This document shows, piece by piece, positions 8,098 through 16,805 of a stretch of DNA of 49,829 nucleotides. Position 1 is the first letter of the stretch; every line of letters begins with the position of its first letter. The notes beneath the pieces are model-generated. The model ran no database searches. It saw nothing but the letters and a program-made list of their open reading frames with translations, and had not been told where the DNA came from. This DNA comes from Hyphomicrobiaceae bacterium. Lineage in GTDB: Bacteria > Pseudomonadota > Alphaproteobacteria > Rhizobiales > Hyphomicrobiaceae. Position numbers and translations under genes: made by a program. The DNA is taken from positions 1 through 49,829 of the forward strand of contig DATEVP010000139.1 of NCBI GenBank assembly GCA_035258465.1, written 5' to 3'.

Positions 8098-9921
8098 ATG
8101 TCGAAGAATCACACCTATGTGCTTGGGCTGAACACGTACGACCACGATGTCAGTGCGTGCCTGCTTCGCGATGGCGAGATTGCGTTTGCGATCTCCAAGG
8201 AGCGGATCACGCGCGAGAAGCACGCCAGTGGCTTCTTTCAGGAGGTCGTCGACTACTGCCTGAAGGCTGAGGGCATCTCGCTGGATGACGTCGATCTGGT
8301 GGTGCGCAACTGCTACGTGCTGCCGGTCGAAGAGATGGAACAGCGTCTGACGTACCAGGATTCGCCGTTCTTCTTCGAGCAGAGGCTGCAGGCGGAAAAG
8401 CATCCCCTGTACCTGCCGAAATCAAACAAGGTGGTGACCATATCCCACCACCTGGCACACGCTTACAGCGCGTTTGCTGCCTGCCCCTTCGAGGCGGGGG
8501 CCGTCATGGTCGTGGATGGTGTCGGCAGCTACTGCTCGGATGTCATCGAGAGATATCCGGACGCCGACAAGGCCGATCCGTTGGCGCGCGAGTCCGAGAG
8601 CTACTACAGGTTCGACGGCGCCGAGCTGGAGGCGCTGAAAAAGGTCTGGTTGAAGCCGTGTCGCGGATTTCTGAGCGACGAGTTCTTCAACATGGCAGGC
8701 CTCGGAGCGCTGTACAGTCGCGCCTCGACCTACATCTTTTCGGATTGGAACAAGTGCGGGGAGCTGATGGGCCTCGCTCCTTATGGGCGGCCGCATCATT
8801 TCAAGCCGCTCATGCACATGAAGGATGGGGTGCTGCATGTTCCAGACTGGACGGAGGAACTCGACAAGCCCTGGGTGCCCGACAGGGAACCGGACTGGGA
8901 AAAAAGTCCGTCCATGCAGCATTGGAAGGACATGGCCTGGCAGGTTCAGGACGACACGGAAAGGGTGCTGCTCGAGCGTGCGAGCTGGCTGCGGCAGGCG
9001 ACCGGTGCCAAGAACCTGTGCCTTGCAGGCGGCGTCGCGCTCAATTGCGTGGCCAATGGCCGCATCGCGCGCGAGGCGGGCTTCGACAAGGTCTGGATCC
9101 AACCCGCAGCCGGCGACGACGGGATCGCCATCGGCTGTGCCTACTACGGTCACCTGGCGATCCTGAAGAGGAAGCGCGCGTTCGTGATGCAGCATGCCTA
9201 TCTCGGCGTGGACTACAAGGACGAGGAGGTGCGCGAGGCCGCGCGCAGCTGGCTGGTCCGCAGCGAAACGCTGAATACGGCCGGCAAGGACATATGCAAG
9301 GAGACGGCGCGGTTGCTGGCGGAAGGCAACGTGTTCGGCTGGTTCCAGGGCCGGTCCGAGTTCGGGCCCAGAGCGCTCGGCAACCGCAGCATTCTGGCGG
9401 ACCCACGCAAGGCCGAGATGAAGGACAAGCTGAACAGCCGCGTGAAGCACAGGCAGGCTTTTCGCCCGTTTGCGCCCATCGTGCTCGCCGAAAGAGCGCG
9501 CGAGATTTTCGAGGGCGACCAGGAATCGCCTTTCATGCTGCTCGCCATGGGCGTGCGCCCCGAGTGGAGGAGCAGGGTGCCGGCGATCGTTCACGTCGAT
9601 GGCACGGCGCGCGTGCAGACGGTGCGACGGGAGACCAACGCACGGCTCTACGCGTTGCTCGAGGAGTTCGACGCTCTTACGGGCGTTCCCGTGCTGGTGA
9701 ACACCTCGTTCAACATCAGGGGGGAGCCCATCGTCGAAAGCCCGCGCGATGCCCTGAATTGCTTCCTTGCCACGGGCATCGACTATCTGGCGCTGCACGA
9801 CATGCTGATCGCCAAGAACCCCCTGCACAAGATTTGCGCCCCGCTGATACGGAGGTATGTCGAGATAAACTCGATCGTCCAGAGGGGCTTGGGCCCGGGT
9901 CCCGAGCGGCCGGAGCGCTGA
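8098..9921 (+). CDS. Carbamoyltransferase, NodU/CmcH family
   Basis: ORF 8059..9921. I place the start at ATG 8098 (MSKNHTYVLGLNTYDHDVSACLLRDGEIAFAISKERITREKH...), preceded by AAAAGGGAG. Both the N-terminal ASKHA-like and the C-terminal carbamoyltransferase parts look present (...FRPFAPIVL..., ...VHVDGTARVQTV..., VNTSFNIRGEPIV). Confidence 0.9.
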   Translation: MSKNHTYVLGLNTYDHDVSACLLRDGEIAFAISKERITREKHASGFFQEVVDYCLKAEGISLDDVDLVVRNCYVLPVEEMEQRLTYQDSPFFFEQRLQAEKHPLYLPKSNKVVTISHHLAHAYSAFAACPFEAGAVMVVDGVGSYCSDVIERYPDADKADPLARESESYYRFDGAELEALKKVWLKPCRGFLSDEFFNMAGLGALYSRASTYIFSDWNKCGELMGLAPYGRPHHFKPLMHMKDGVLHVPDWTEELDKPWVPDREPDWEKSPSMQHWKDMAWQVQDDTERVLLERASWLRQATGAKNLCLAGGVALNCVANGRIAREAGFDKVWIQPAAGDDGIAIGCAYYGHLAILKRKRAFVMQHAYLGVDYKDEEVREAARSWLVRSETLNTAGKDICKETARLLAEGNVFGWFQGRSEFGPRALGNRSILADPRKAEMKDKLNSRVKHRQAFRPFAPIVLAERAREIFEGDQESPFMLLAMGVRPEWRSRVPAIVHVDGTARVQTVRRETNARLYALLEEFDALTGVPVLVNTSFNIRGEPIVESPRDALNCFLATGIDYLALHDMLIAKNPLHKICAPLIRRYVEINSIVQRGLGPGPERPER

Positions 9922-10002
9922 TGCGGACCGCTCCAGCATGGCCGCGCTGCGGGCCAGCCGCCGGGCCGCACGCCTCGCCACATCGTGCAATCGCAAATAA
10001 CA

Positions 10003-10036
10003 AAAGGATGACCTCCTGATCGGGAGGTCATCCTTT
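10003..10036 (-). terminator. Intrinsic terminator (14-bp perfect stem) between the convergent carbamoyltransferase and small-peptide genes
   Basis: AAAGGATGACCTCC-tgatcg-GGAGGTCATCCTTT. The minus strand continues with TTGTTATTTG, so the hairpin is best oriented for the 10099..10335 gene. It may also stop the + gene. Confidence 0.65.
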
Positions 10037-10098
10037 CATTGCTCAGGCGAAGCCGACAGGCCCAAAGGTCGCCGGCTGCGCGCGCCTTGTGTGAGGGC

Positions 10099-10335
10099 TC
10101 AGCGCCGGCGACGACGACGCCTACGGCCGCGACGGCGACCTCCCCACCACAGATCGATGCCGGGGCCGATATCGCAAGCGGCAAGATGCCGGTGACCACG
10201 CGCCCAGTAGCAATGCCATCCGTGTGCCGCTGCGGGCGAGGAAGCACCCATTCCCAGCGCGTACATGACGACCAAGATTGCTGCTGCGACGCCCGTAGTC
10301 ACCCACTTGACGGCAGCGGACATCACATTTCCCAT
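10099..10335 (-). CDS. Secreted Trp/Arg-rich cationic peptide with poly-Arg C-terminus (78-aa precursor)
   Basis: ORF 10099..10335 has a strong RBS (GGAGGGG, 7 nt before the ATG) and a signal-like N-terminus ending AAAHG. The predicted mature part is WHCYWARGHRHLAACDIGPGIDLWWGGRRRGRRRRRRRR. A terminator follows. No family recognised. Confidence 0.55.
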   Translation of the reverse strand: MGNVMSAAVKWVTTGVAAAILVVMYALGMGASSPAAAHGWHCYWARGHRHLAACDIGPGIDLWWGGRRRGRRRRRRRR

Positions 10336-10710
10336 CTCATTACCCCTCCATTGGCTTTATGCAGTGCCTGTAGGATGAACTCGACCGCAACGTGAAGCGG
10401 ACAAGCACACCATCTGACGAGCGAACTCGCAGGTGGCTCCCTTGTGGTAGCCGCGTCACCCCTTGCGCACGCCGGTGACCTCTGGAGGCTGCGGCGTACG
10501 GACGGGGCCCTCTATTGGCGTGTCCAAGCCAGCGAGCCTAGTCCAGTTTACCGAGATTGCAAGGAGAAGTTGGGTTGCTGCGACCCCGGCTGTGGCCAAG
10601 GCAAACGATGTGTCGACGTTTGCCTCAGTCTCGCGATGGTCCGAGACGAATGTCCCGCGTGTGCGAGAAAACACCGCTGCGCGCTGCGGCGCCAACACAT
10701 TGATCTTCAA

Positions 10711-10760
10711 TGGCGGCCCCGGCAGGACTTGAACCTGCTACCCCCCGATTAGGAATTCCG
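10711..10760 (-). pseudogene. 3'-half tRNA fragment, tRNA-Arg(CCU)-like, with encoded CCA
   Basis: The minus strand reads TTCCTAA-TCGGG-GGGTA-GCAGG-TTCAAGT-CCTGC-CGGGGCC-G-CCA. The 5' acceptor strand GGCCCCG, the D arm and a pairing 5' anticodon stem are absent upstream; CGGAA precedes the loop and an AT-rich stretch follows. Confidence 0.55.
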
Positions 10761-11097
10761 GCTGGCCCTGTTAGCAGACTGAAAAATAATAGATTTCGGT
10801 TTCCATGCGCGTCTCGAAGCGCAAGGAGGCGGTAGTACGCCTCTGAGCATGCACTCACAATTTCGCCATCACCCAAGAAGCCGCAGTCCTTCAATCCGGC
10901 CTTGGTCCGCGTGTGCCGCCTGCCGGCAGTTGATCATCCTCCAGGTTGTGACGACGCAGGGCCAAGGCTCGAGACGAGCAACCGCAACGTCGCGCCGGAA
11001 GGTTGGCGCTTTCGCGTGCCGGTGGTGGGGTCCAGAATGGACGCCGATCGACATCGGAGGGTCTATCTTGGAGTCTGGACGCGTGGAGGCGAGCAAC

Positions 11098-12540
11098 ATG
11101 GCAACGGGCGCCGCAACGAGCTTCGCAGCGACTGCGAAAGAGGGCGATGCAATAGCAGCGCTGATCGCGAATGCCCGGGCGGCTTTGGCGACCTACGGGA
11201 GGGAGATCGCGGCGCACGGCCAGCCGCGCATTGACGAGGCGGTAACGGCAGTCGCCTGGTCGCTGTACAAGCCCGAAAACGCACGCCACTTCGCTGAGAT
11301 CGCGGTGGAGGAGACCGGGATCGGCGAGCTCGAGAGCAAGGTCATCAAGAACCAACGCAAGACGTTCGGCACGTTGCGCGACCTGCTCCGCGTCAAGTCG
11401 ACCGGAATCATCGAGGAGATCCCGGAGAAGGGGCTCGTCAAATGGGCGAAGCCGGTGGGTGTTGTGGCGGCGATCACGCCGTCGACCAACCCGAGCGCGA
11501 CGCCGGTAAACAAGGCGATGATGGCGCTGAAGGGCGGCAATGCGATCGTCATCGCGCCGCCGCCGGCCGGCTGGGCGGCCTCCAAACCGGTGGTCGACGG
11601 CATGCGTGCCGAGCTGCAAAAGATCGGGCTGCCCGAGGACCTCGTGCAGATCATTCCCGCTCCGGTGACCCGCGAGTCGAGCACGCGGCTGATGGAGCTT
11701 GCGGACCTTGTCGTTGCGACGGGGAGCCAGGCCAACGTCAAGGCCGCCTATCGATCGGGTAAGCCGGCGCTCGGCGTTGGGCTCGGCAACGTGCCGGTCA
11801 TCGTCGATGATGGCGCCGATCTCGACGACGCTGCGCATAAGATCATGCTGTCGAAATGCTTCGATTACGCGACGAGCTGCTCATCCGAGAACGCCCTCGT
11901 CATCGTCGAGGCGGTCTACGACAAGGCGCTCGAGGCCTTGGCCGGTCAGGGCGGCTATCTGGCGACAGCCGAGGAGCGCCGGCGCATCGTCGAGCGGCTG
12001 TGGGTCGATGGCAAGCTCAACCGTGCCGTCATCGCGCAGGGGCCCGAGGCACTGATCGACGTGTTCCAACTGGGGCCGAAAGCGCGGGGCTGCAAATTCG
12101 TGATGGCCGAGGAGACCGGCGTCGGCAAGGAGCACCCGCTTTCCGGCGAGAAGCTGTCGCTTGTGCTGACGGTCTACCGCGCACGAGATTTCGCCGACGC
12201 CAAACGCATCGTGCGCACGATCCTGGACTACCAGGGCAAGGGGCACTCCTGCGGCATCCACACCAACAACCTCGCGCACGCGCGTGAGCTTGCCGCGGAT
12301 ATCGATGTCGTGCGCGTTCTGGTCAACCAGGCCCACACCTTCGGTAACGGCGGCAGCTTCGACAACGGTCTTCCGTTCACGCTGACCATGGGTTGCGGCA
12401 CCTGGCAGGCCAACGCGTTCGCGGACAACCTCAACTGGCGGCACTTCGTCAACATCACCCACCTCGTGACCACCATCCCGGAGGACAAGCCGAGCGAGGA
12501 GGCGCTGTTCGGGGCGTATTGGAAGAAGTACGGGAAATGA
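11098..12540 (+). CDS. CoA-acylating aldehyde dehydrogenase (AdhE-N/EutE/SucD-Ck/SauS-like)
   Basis: ORF 10849..12540. I place the start at ATG 11098 (MATGAATS...), preceded by GGAGG. It carries the AdhE-type active-site context FDYATSCSSENALVIV and is 480 aa long. Assigning sulfoacetaldehyde as substrate is inference from the neighbouring genes. Confidence 0.8.
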   Translation: MATGAATSFAATAKEGDAIAALIANARAALATYGREIAAHGQPRIDEAVTAVAWSLYKPENARHFAEIAVEETGIGELESKVIKNQRKTFGTLRDLLRVKSTGIIEEIPEKGLVKWAKPVGVVAAITPSTNPSATPVNKAMMALKGGNAIVIAPPPAGWAASKPVVDGMRAELQKIGLPEDLVQIIPAPVTRESSTRLMELADLVVATGSQANVKAAYRSGKPALGVGLGNVPVIVDDGADLDDAAHKIMLSKCFDYATSCSSENALVIVEAVYDKALEALAGQGGYLATAEERRRIVERLWVDGKLNRAVIAQGPEALIDVFQLGPKARGCKFVMAEETGVGKEHPLSGEKLSLVLTVYRARDFADAKRIVRTILDYQGKGHSCGIHTNNLAHARELAADIDVVRVLVNQAHTFGNGGSFDNGLPFTLTMGCGTWQANAFADNLNWRHFVNITHLVTTIPEDKPSEEALFGAYWKKYGK

Positions 12541-12547
12541 GACGGGT

Positions 12548-13684
12548 ATGAACTTCGAGGAATTTCCCGGCAAGCTTCTGTTGCAGAGTGCCGGGATCCG
12601 GATCGCGGGGGGCTCGGTCACCAACAGCCCGGACACCGCGGCCGAGCTTGCGCGTGCAATCGGGCCCTGCGTGATCAAGGCTCAGGTGCCGGCGGGAAAG
12701 CGCGGCAAGGCGGGCGGCATCAAGCTTGCCGAGGACCCAGCCGAGGCGCGCCGCCACGCGGGGGCGATCCTCGGCATGACGATCGGGGAGCACAAGGTGA
12801 CGCGCGTGCTGGTCGAGCCGCAGGTCGAGATCCGCCGCGAGATGTACGCCGCCGTGCTCAACGACCCCGAGACCAAGGGGCCGCTGCTGCTGTTCTCGGC
12901 CGATGGCGGGATGGACATTGAAGAGCTTGCGGCGACCCGCCCCGACAGCCTGCTCAGGCTGCCGATCGACATCCGCACAGGGCTCAGCGAGAAGGCGCTG
13001 AAGGCCGCATTGCCATCGACGCTACCCTGCGCGCCAAGCAAGCTGATCGCGGTCCTGATGAAGCTCTACGCGGCCTATGCCGGCAACGACGCCGAGCTGC
13101 TCGAGATCAATCCACTTGTGGTCACGGACGAGGGCGATCTCGTTGCACTCGACTGCAAGTTGACGCTTGACGATAGCGCCTTGCCCCGCCGCGCCGAGCT
13201 GGCCAAGCTGGGCTCTCCCGACAAGTTGACCGAGCTCGAGTCGCGCGCCCGGGCGCTGCACCTCAAGTACGTCGAGCTCGACGGCGAGGTCGGCGTGCTG
13301 GCCAATGGTGCCGGCCTCACCATGACGACCATGGACGCGATCCGCCACTTCGGGGGCGAGCCAGCCAACTTCATGGAGATCGGCGGCGATAGCTATACCA
13401 AGGCGAAGCCGGCGCTCGAGCTCGTGCTCGCGAACCCGCGGGTGAAATGCTTGCTGGTGAATTTTTGCGGCGCCTTTGCGCGAACCGACGTGATGGCGGA
13501 GGGCGTGATCGATGCCTGGGTCGAGCTCGAGCCGAGGATCCCCATCATCTTCACGATCCACGGCACCGGTGAGGACGAGGCCATCGCCATGGTCAAGGAC
13601 CGCCTAGGCATCACGCCGCACGACCTGATGGACGATGCCGTCAAGGCGGCCGTCGCGGCGGCGAAGGCGGGCCCGACGCGATGA
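12548..13684 (+). CDS. Succinyl-CoA-synthetase beta-like (ATP-grasp) subunit of an ADP-forming acid-CoA ligase
   Basis: ORF 12548..13684 has a SucC-like N-terminus (MNFEEFPGKLLLQSAGIRI...) and a C-terminal ligase-CoA domain (NGAGLTMTTMD...ANFMEIGG). Confidence 0.85.
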   Translation: MNFEEFPGKLLLQSAGIRIAGGSVTNSPDTAAELARAIGPCVIKAQVPAGKRGKAGGIKLAEDPAEARRHAGAILGMTIGEHKVTRVLVEPQVEIRREMYAAVLNDPETKGPLLLFSADGGMDIEELAATRPDSLLRLPIDIRTGLSEKALKAALPSTLPCAPSKLIAVLMKLYAAYAGNDAELLEINPLVVTDEGDLVALDCKLTLDDSALPRRAELAKLGSPDKLTELESRARALHLKYVELDGEVGVLANGAGLTMTTMDAIRHFGGEPANFMEIGGDSYTKAKPALELVLANPRVKCLLVNFCGAFARTDVMAEGVIDAWVELEPRIPIIFTIHGTGEDEAIAMVKDRLGITPHDLMDDAVKAAVAAAKAGPTR

Positions 13685-14559
13685 TCATCCATGGCAATGA
13701 GACCCTTCTCGTCCAGGGCATCACCGGCAAACAGGGTACATTCTGGGCCGAGAGAATGCGCGCCTACGGCACCAAAGTCGCCGGCGGGGTCAACCCGAAG
13801 CGAGGCGGCGAGACGCATCTTGACCTTCCTGTCTGGGCGAGTGCCAAAGACGCCGCCAAGGCGACCAGGATCGATGCTGCCGTCATGTTCGTGCCCCCCT
13901 TTGGCGTGAAGGAGGCCGCGCTCGACATCATCGAGGCCGGCATCGGCAAGATCGTCTGCCTCACAGAGCATGTGCCCGTGCAGGACACGATGTATCTGCT
14001 TGCTGCCGCCCGGGAACGCGGCTGCCGGGTCGTTGGGCCCAACACGGCAGGGCTCGTGACGACCGGAGAGTGCTTCGTCGGCTTCATGCCGGCCTTCAAT
14101 CCGCGGGTCTTTCGGCCAGGATATGTCGGCGTCGTGTCGCGTTCCGGGAGCCTCGGCACGCTGGTCTGTCTGAACCTTGTGCAGGCTGGGCTCGGAATCT
14201 CCTCGTTCGTCGGCATTGGTGGCGATCCGATCATCGGCACAACGACCCGGGACGCGCTCGAGGCGCTCGATCGAGATCCGCGAACCAAGGCCGTCGCGCT
14301 CGTCGGGGAGATCGGCGGCTCCATGGAGGAAACGGCGGCGGAGTATGCGCGGGGGATGACAAAGCCGGTCGCGGCATTCATCGCGGGCGCAGCGTCTCCG
14401 GCCGGCAAGAAGATGGGGCATGCCGGCGCTATCGTCCTCGGCGACAAGGGATCGTTCGCCGGCAAGAAGGCTGCCCTCGAGGCAGCAGGGGTTACCGTCT
14501 CGCCGACCCCGAATGGGGTGGCCTTGGTCCTGAGAGACCGCCTCGCGGCCATGACCTAG
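13681..14559 (+). CDS. Succinyl-CoA-synthetase alpha-like subunit
   Basis: ORF 13681..14559 overlaps the beta-like gene by ATGA. It has the CoA-binding motif (VQGITGKQGTF), SRSGSLG, and the phosphohistidine loop MGHAGAIV. Confidence 0.9.
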   Translation: MIIHGNETLLVQGITGKQGTFWAERMRAYGTKVAGGVNPKRGGETHLDLPVWASAKDAAKATRIDAAVMFVPPFGVKEAALDIIEAGIGKIVCLTEHVPVQDTMYLLAAARERGCRVVGPNTAGLVTTGECFVGFMPAFNPRVFRPGYVGVVSRSGSLGTLVCLNLVQAGLGISSFVGIGGDPIIGTTTRDALEALDRDPRTKAVALVGEIGGSMEETAAEYARGMTKPVAAFIAGAASPAGKKMGHAGAIVLGDKGSFAGKKAALEAAGVTVSPTPNGVALVLRDRLAAMT

Positions 14560-14611
14560 GCAGGCCGGCATCGGCTCACGCCAGGAATGGAAACCGGGCA
14601 ACGGCTCGCTG

Positions 14612-15598
14612 TTACGCCGTCGCAAGGACGATGGCCGAGGTCAGGACGATGTCATCGATGCTCGCCCCGCGCGACAGGTCGCTGACCGGGGCCGCGAAGC
14701 CTTGAAGGAAGGGGCCGAGTGCCGTTGCATTGCCGAGCCATTGCGTGAGCTTGTAGGCAATGTTGCCGGAATCGAGATCGGGGAACACCAGAACATTGGC
14801 CCGGCCCGCCGCCTCGCCGATGTCCTTCACCTTCTTTTCTGCGACCGACGGAACGATGGCCGCATCCGCCTGCAATTCGCCATCGATCTTGAGCGTGGGC
14901 GCGCGCTCGCGCACGAGGGCAAGCGCCTGGCGCACCTTGTCCACGCGAGCATGTTGCGCGCTGCCCTTGGTGGAGAAGGACAACAACGCGACGCGCGGCT
15001 CCTCATCGAGCAGCCGCTCGGCGCTTCGTGCCGACGCGATCGCGATGTCGGCCAGCTCGCTCGCCGTCGGATCGGCGTTGACCGCGCAGTCGGCAAAAAT
15101 GAACGGTTTCGGGCCGCGGCCCAGAAAGTCAGGAGCAATAATCAGGAAATAGCTCGACGGAAGGGCGATGCCGTCTTGAACGCCAACGGTCATCAGGCAG
15201 GCCTCGATGATGCGGCGTGTCGGGTTGGCAGCGCCGGCGACCATTGCATCGGCGGCGCCCTGGCGCAGCATCATCCCGCCGAAATAGAGGGGCTTGGCTA
15301 CGAGCCGCCGGGCCACGCCCGGTGCCATGGTCTCTCGGGCGCTCGCGCAAATTCCGGCGAAGTCCGAGAGACGCGGATCCGTTGCGGAATCGATCATTTC
15401 AATATCGCGGCAATCGACACCGGCCGCCGCCGCGGCCGTGGCCACGCCCTGGGCCGTTCCGATCAGGATTGGCACCGCAAGCCCCTCGTCCTTGAGACGG
15501 CGCGCCGCTGCGAGAATGCGCGCGTCCTCGCCTTCCGGCAGCACCACTTTCAGATTGCGCCGACGTGCTGTATCCAGAATGCGATCGATCTGGCGCAT
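14612..15598 (-). CDS. pta: Phosphate acetyltransferase, short PTA_PTB-only form
   Basis: ORF 14612..15673. I place the start at the internal Met 15596-15598 ([29 protein letters not shown]...), the typical Pta catalytic-domain N-terminus. It lies next to xsc, as in known sulfoacetaldehyde loci. Confidence 0.85.
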   Translation of the reverse strand: MRQIDRILDTARRRNLKVVLPEGEDARILAAARRLKDEGLAVPILIGTAQGVATAAAAAGVDCRDIEMIDSATDPRLSDFAGICASARETMAPGVARRLVAKPLYFGGMMLRQGAADAMVAGAANPTRRIIEACLMTVGVQDGIALPSSYFLIIAPDFLGRGPKPFIFADCAVNADPTASELADIAIASARSAERLLDEEPRVALLSFSTKGSAQHARVDKVRQALALVRERAPTLKIDGELQADAAIVPSVAEKKVKDIGEAAGRANVLVFPDLDSGNIAYKLTQWLGNATALGPFLQGFAAPVSDLSRGASIDDIVLTSAIVLATA

Positions 15599-15647
15599 GG
15601 TGGCCAATTGGACGAGAGTCCGGCGAGCCAGTAGGGCTGGTGCATCA

Positions 15648-16805
15648 ATGACGGAAACGAATGAGCCGATCAAGGTCCACCGGGGCCTGCGCGGCGTCTA
15701 TTTCGATCGTTCGCCGTGCACCTTCATCGACGGCAAGGCAGGCGACCTGCGCTATCGGGGATACTCGATCCACGACCTGGCGGAGCGCTCGACCTTCGAG
15801 GAGACGGCGTGGCTGCTGCTCCATGGCGAGCTGCCGACGAGGGCCCAGCTCACGGAGTTCGAGGCGGGCTTGAGGGCCGCGCGCACGCTCCCAGGTGCGA
15901 TCATCGACGTCGTTCGCGCCACTGGATCGGCGCATCCCATGGACGTGCTGCGTACCGCGGTCTCTGCCTTGTCGGCATTCGACCCGGACGCCGCCGACAA
16001 CACGCGTGCCGCGGTGCTGCGCAAGGCCGTCCGCCTCACGTCGCAGGTGCCGATGATCGTGGCCGCGCACGCGCGCATCCGGGAGGGACTGGAGCCCGTT
16101 CCTGGCGACCCCGGGCTGACCCATGCGGCGAACCTGCTCTGGATGCTCAGCGGCGCTAGGCCAAACCCGCAGGCCGTCGAATTGATCGATCGCGACCTCA
16201 TCCTGCACGCCGAGCACGGCTCGAATGCGTCGTCCTTCGCGGCGCGTGTGGTCGTCGGCACGGAGGCTGGTCTGCATGCCGCCATCACGGCCGCCGTCGC
16301 AGCGCTCTCGGGGCCCGCACACGGCGGCGCGGCCGAGGATGTCATGAAGATGGCGGAGGAGATCGGCGATCCCGCCCGTGCTGCTGACTATGTGCGCGAG
16401 AAGCGCAAGGCCGGCGCACCGGTGACCGGCTTCGGTCATCGCGTCTATCGCGCCGAAGATCCTCGCGCGCGCCATATGCGGGCCGGCGTCGAGCGGCTGT
16501 CGCGCGAGATGGGACGGCCCGAGTGGTATCAGATCCTGCAGGCCGTGGTGACGGCCATGGCGCCCTACGCTCGCCATGGCGTCAACGTGAATGTCGATTT
16601 CTACTCGGGCGTCGTCTACCACTTGCTCGGCATCAAACGGGATCTGTTTGTGCCGATCTTCGCCATTGGCCGTGTGCCCGGCTGGGTGGTGCAGGTTCTC
16701 GAGCAGTTGGACAACAACATCCTGCTGCGTCCCCTGACGCTCTACGACGGGCCGGATCTGAAACCTTATGTGCCGATCGCTGAGCGCCGGACCGCCCCGG
16801 GTTGA
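15648..16805 (+). CDS. Citrate synthase-family protein (short ~385-aa form)
   Basis: ORF 15294..16805 is N-terminally extended through the pta antisense strand. The real start is ATG 15648 ([45 protein letters not shown]). Catalytic-region motifs are present: [28 protein letters not shown]. Confidence 0.85.
   Translation: MTETNEPIKVHRGLRGVYFDRSPCTFIDGKAGDLRYRGYSIHDLAERSTFEETAWLLLHGELPTRAQLTEFEAGLRAARTLPGAIIDVVRATGSAHPMDVLRTAVSALSAFDPDAADNTRAAVLRKAVRLTSQVPMIVAAHARIREGLEPVPGDPGLTHAANLLWMLSGARPNPQAVELIDRDLILHAEHGSNASSFAARVVVGTEAGLHAAITAAVAALSGPAHGGAAEDVMKMAEEIGDPARAADYVREKRKAGAPVTGFGHRVYRAEDPRARHMRAGVERLSREMGRPEWYQILQAVVTAMAPYARHGVNVNVDFYSGVVYHLLGIKRDLFVPIFAIGRVPGWVVQVLEQLDNNILLRPLTLYDGPDLKPYVPIAERRTAPG

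Noticed and set aside
10440-10800. Permuted two-piece tmRNA (ssrA) of the alphaproteobacterial type, suggested by a T arm plus CCA end without a 5' half and by a nearby GCAAACGA... (A-N-D...) reading
   Set aside because: The acceptor 3' strand CGGGGCC-G-CCA would pair with GGCCCCG, so there is no G3:U70 alanine identity pair, and the discriminator is G rather than A. Neither strand gives an ANDN...(L/V)AA-stop tag: the frames read ANDVSTFASVSRW... and ANVDTSFALATAGVAATQ... without a stop. The GCAAACG motif is simply half of an 8-bp hairpin (10600-10624).
10711-10900. tRNA-Arg(CCU) interrupted by a group I intron, as known in Agrobacterium
   Set aside because: No 5' exon (GGCCCCG acceptor strand, D arm) appears anywhere in the 400 nt upstream. 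The base before the would-be 3' exon is T rather than the terminal G of an intron. The upstream sequence runs straight into the promoter and RBS of the aldehyde dehydrogenase gene.
10849-11097. N-terminal extensions proposed by the ORF track, e.g. 10849 for the aldehyde dehydrogenase, 15294 for citrate synthase, 21110 for DctM, 36280 and 38211 for the membrane proteins, 24273 for BCCP, 47649 for NUDIX
   Set aside because: The extensions read as low-complexity sequence, overlap neighbouring genes, and lack an RBS. Internal starts carry Shine-Dalgarno sequences or ATGA/TGATG coupling, and they give family-typical N-termini.
12548-16805. The SucCD-like pair plus the citrate-synthase-like gene as a bona fide split ATP-citrate lyase (CCS/CCL) for a reductive TCA cycle
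   Set aside because: The genes are not contiguous, because pta on the opposite strand separates them. The ligase is coupled to an acylating aldehyde dehydrogenase, and the whole locus is built around xsc. I retained it only as an alternative hypothesis within the citrate-synthase finding.
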